Shown here one piece after another: positions 61,345 to 64,000 of a DNA stretch of 64,000 nucleotides. The notes beneath the pieces were generated by a model that had not been told where the DNA came from, did not search any database, and saw only the letters and a list, made by a program, of their open reading frames with translations. The stretch is from Oligoflexales bacterium (GTDB lineage: Bacteria; Bdellovibrionota_B; Oligoflexia; Oligoflexales; Bog-1112): the NCBI GenBank assembly GCA_045105515.1, contig JBGCDR010000177.1:1-64000 (forward strand). Direction: 5' to 3'. The position numbers and the translations under genes were made by a program. How positions within the stretch are numbered: position 1 is the first letter of the stretch; the number at the start of each line of letters is the position of its first letter.

Positions 61345-62544
61345 TCATTTATCTGTTTTTTTTGTGAAATTTAGCGAAATTCGGGGAAAGTTTTTTAGGC
61401 CCAGAATGGGCTCTGAAGGGGGAAGGCGGCTTTTTTGGTAAATACAAAATCCCCCGAAGAATAATATTAGTAGTTGGGGCAGCCAGCTAGCTATCAGTGG
61501 GGCAATGAAGGCATTCTCTGCCATCCACCTAGAAGCAACCATGATGACGAAACAGGCGATAATAACAAAAATAGAGCCTAAGTATCCTCGATTTTTTCCA
61601 TGTCGTTGCTCTTGAATCCCCATAATAATACCAAAAAAAGTGAATGCAAAAACGATGAAGGGGTTTGCAAACCTGGAGTAATATAGGTAGCTAGCTCTGA
61701 GAAAATCGGGGTGTTCATCTGGGCTATTTTCCATCTTCTTTACATATGTGCGCAATTCGGAGGCTCTGTAGCTTCGATAGTCGTCGCGGGCAGTATCTTC
61801 ACCGATGATCTTTTCCTGGAATACCCGCAAAAGGTCTATTTCAGCTCTTTTGAATGTTAGGCTTGAGGTGTGATCTGAACGAGTTTCAAGAGAATAAGAA
61901 ACTCCGTCAAACAAAACCATACGTAAATTTCCTTCAGCAACCGATCCGGTGATTTGGGCATTCGGAGAGAGAATCATAAAGTTGTCTTTACTTTTATTTC
62001 TTGGAGCAAGAAGGACATTTTTGTAGTGAGTTCTGTTTTCTGAAATTTCTTCGGTATAGAAAACATAATCCAAGAAGTCGTTTAAGAATACTCCCGCCTG
62101 AATCTTGAATCGGACCATATTGTCAATTTCGGTTTGAGTTTTTCGGTATATAAACTGGACGAATTCCCGCCTTCCCCAAGCCTCCAAGTGAATCGCACAC
62201 AAGGCTCCTGTAAGATAGAGTGCGAATGAAATTGCAAGCGCTGGGAGCATTGCCCGTTTGATGCTGTAACCTGCAGCTAATAATGCTGTTATTTCTCCAT
62301 CAGAACTTAAACGAGAAAATGAGATCATGATTCCAAATAGGTAGGAGATAGATATAATAATAGGTAAAAAAGGAACAATAATATAAAGAAATGGCAGCAA
62401 AATGTTTTCAGCAGTTAAGCCGAAGGTTACTAATACATTAGAAAGCCGCACTAGCTGTGAAACTACGATGACTGCACAGAATACGATCAGCGTCGAAACA
62501 AATTGTGGGAAGATTTCTTTGAGGATATAGCGAGTGACAATAAT
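61345..62544 (-). CDS. lptF: LPS export permease LptF/LptG family; extended to a probable ATT start at 62544
   Basis: RLSSDGEITAL.AAG.S motif, C-terminal SWLP. The in-frame upstream extension IIVTRYILKEIFPQF... matches the canonical family N-terminus, with GGAGGA 8 nt before ATT. Confidence 0.85.
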   Translation of the reverse strand: MIVTRYILKEIFPQFVSTLIVFCAVIVVSQLVRLSNVLVTFGLTAENILLPFLYIIVPFLPIIISISYLFGIMISFSRLSSDGEITALLAAGYSIKRAMLPALAISFALYLTGALCAIHLEAWGRREFVQFIYRKTQTEIDNMVRFKIQAGVFLNDFLDYVFYTEEISENRTHYKNVLLAPRNKSKDNFMILSPNAQITGSVAEGNLRMVLFDGVSYSLETRSDHTSSLTFKRAEIDLLRVFQEKIIGEDTARDDYRSYRASELRTYVKKMENSPDEHPDFLRASYLYYSRFANPFIVFAFTFFGIIMGIQEQRHGKNRGYLGSIFVIIACFVIMVASRWMAENAFIAPLIASWLPQLLILFFGGFCIYQKSRLPPSEPILGLKNFPRISLNFTKKTDK

Positions 62545-62655
62545 TGTTTTGTTCCTCCGTGAAAATGTCCTATACCATCCTGATAATCTTAGCTGAATTA
62601 CCAGATTTTAGGTATTCCTGAAAAACAATAGATTTTTTAGTGAGTTAAAATAGTT

Positions 62656-63933
62656 GTGAGTCCAGTCTTTAAATTCCCCATTGCCAGTTTTAGGAGCTGT
62701 ATGTTCACTATAAAAGGAATCTTACTTTCCTTCGTCTTTATTTTTTGGATTGTATCACCTTTTTCTAATTCACATGCAATTACAACGACATCTCAAGGAA
62801 AGCCAGCGCTGCCTCTATCTGTTCCCAAAGCTGATCCACTTGGAGTCATCAGTCTGGAGGTCGGTGAAAAGAAAAGGCCAACCACTATTGTTCCATCCAT
62901 CCAATTATCTCTGAAAACCTATATTAGAAGGCATGGAAACCCTATTGCAGCAATTGTTATGGTCGATGTTGCTACAGGCCATATTATCGCAATGGCACAG
63001 GGCCGTGCTCCTGAAAAATGGGGTGGACAATCCCACACTGCACTTTACGAGGGTTTCCCTGCGGCATCACTTTTTAAGGTGGTTCCGACTATAGCAGCAA
63101 TGGACGTTGCACAGCTTGAGCCCAGTACCGTTCTTGGGCTGACAGGAGGTTGTGCGAAGGTACATGCAAGGGGTTGGTGGTTACGTGATGTAAAACCTAC
63201 TCGCTATCACAAAATGAGTTTAAGTAGGGCTTTTGCAAATTCGTGTAATAGTTTTTTTGCCAAATTAACTCTTCAGTACCTTGGAGTGGGAGTTTTGAAT
63301 AGTTATGCTAAGAAGCTAGGTTGGAACGAAGGAGGCATTGGTGCTGACTTTCATTTGAACACTAGCCCGATGAATCCTCCAAAGCCAGCTAGATCTGCCA
63401 TTCATACGGTTGGAAGGTTTGCTGCAGGGTTTGGCATGGTTGGTCTCAGTCCTATTCATGCAGCTTGGATTAATTTGGTGATTGCCCGTGATGGAGTTCC
63501 CATGGCACTTAGGATATTTGCAGATGATAGCAGCAATGAATCTGTGATCTCAAAACAAAGAATCAAGCCGGTTTTTCATCAGGAGAATGCTATAAACCTC
63601 AGACGCATGATGCAAAAAACTGTGCGTTCAGGCACAGCTTCATCGGCCTTTCGTTCTTGGAAATACCGCAAAATTAAAAGGTCTGCTGGAGGCAAGACTG
63701 GGACCCTAAACAGCCAGGCTCCAAAGGGTCTGGCAACTTGGTTTGCGGGCTTAATGCCAGTTGAAAACCCTAAAGTTGTTGTGAGCGCGGTGGTCGTTAA
63801 TGGTGGTCGCTGGATTATAAAGGGGTCTCATTTAGCAGCAGAAGGACTGCGTTTATGGGAAGAGTTTCAGAGAAAAAATCGTGATATTATGGTCCTAGGA
63901 CATTCCACTAATGGTACTCCTTCCAAAGGTTGA
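62656..63933 (+). CDS. Penicillin-binding protein, transpeptidase domain only (start may be ATG 62701)
   Basis: SxxK (ASLFK), SxN (SCN), KTG (GKTGT), D..TG.I.AM, WFAG..P...P. Confidence 0.92.
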   Translation: MSPVFKFPIASFRSCMFTIKGILLSFVFIFWIVSPFSNSHAITTTSQGKPALPLSVPKADPLGVISLEVGEKKRPTTIVPSIQLSLKTYIRRHGNPIAAIVMVDVATGHIIAMAQGRAPEKWGGQSHTALYEGFPAASLFKVVPTIAAMDVAQLEPSTVLGLTGGCAKVHARGWWLRDVKPTRYHKMSLSRAFANSCNSFFAKLTLQYLGVGVLNSYAKKLGWNEGGIGADFHLNTSPMNPPKPARSAIHTVGRFAAGFGMVGLSPIHAAWINLVIARDGVPMALRIFADDSSNESVISKQRIKPVFHQENAINLRRMMQKTVRSGTASSAFRSWKYRKIKRSAGGKTGTLNSQAPKGLATWFAGLMPVENPKVVVSAVVVNGGRWIIKGSHLAAEGLRLWEEFQRKNRDIMVLGHSTNGTPSKG

Positions 63934-64000
63934 AAACATTCCTGTTCATGAAACCCCCTTGCTATATTTATTCGCCCATTGATATGTTTAAAAAGTTTAG

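Noticed and set aside
1..64000. CRISPR arrays, tRNA/rRNA, IS elements, prophage, recognised defence systems
   Set aside because: No repeat-spacer arrays, cloverleafs, transposases, integrases or phage structural genes seen by eye; dedicated scans could still find small RNAs.

Overview
AT-rich bacterial chromosome segment with about 45 CDS. I found no rRNA, tRNA, CRISPR array, IS element or prophage. The gene content (TamB/Omp85, ExeA-like ATPase, GldA/GldF-GldG/DUF4340 ABC system, AgmX/PglI-type C-terminal protein, short flagellin, many orphan signal-peptide proteins) suggests a Bdellovibrionota/Oligoflexia-like or related deltaproteobacterial organism; this is inference only. Housekeeping genes: purD, PiT, pabB-like, hbd, mutY, acs, fliC, pdhABC, fabF, lptF and a small PBP. 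The accessory region (~15.6-34.8 kb) holds TetR-alkB, a broken lipoprotein, an orphan RND pump, a 1241-aa secreted orphan, a divergent MCP/lytic transglycosylase operon, and three secreted orphans, one with carboxylate-amine (amido) ligase motifs and one with a caspase-type His/Cys dyad. A multi-hairpin intergenic element follows. The best candidates for undescribed biology are the exported ligase/peptidase cluster (29.4-33.4 kb), the 1241-aa beta-rich exported protein and the structured element at ~34.6-34.8 kb. An apparent AUU start for lptF and two frameshifted lipoprotein genes are directly visible. All family calls come from motif recognition by eye, without database searches.
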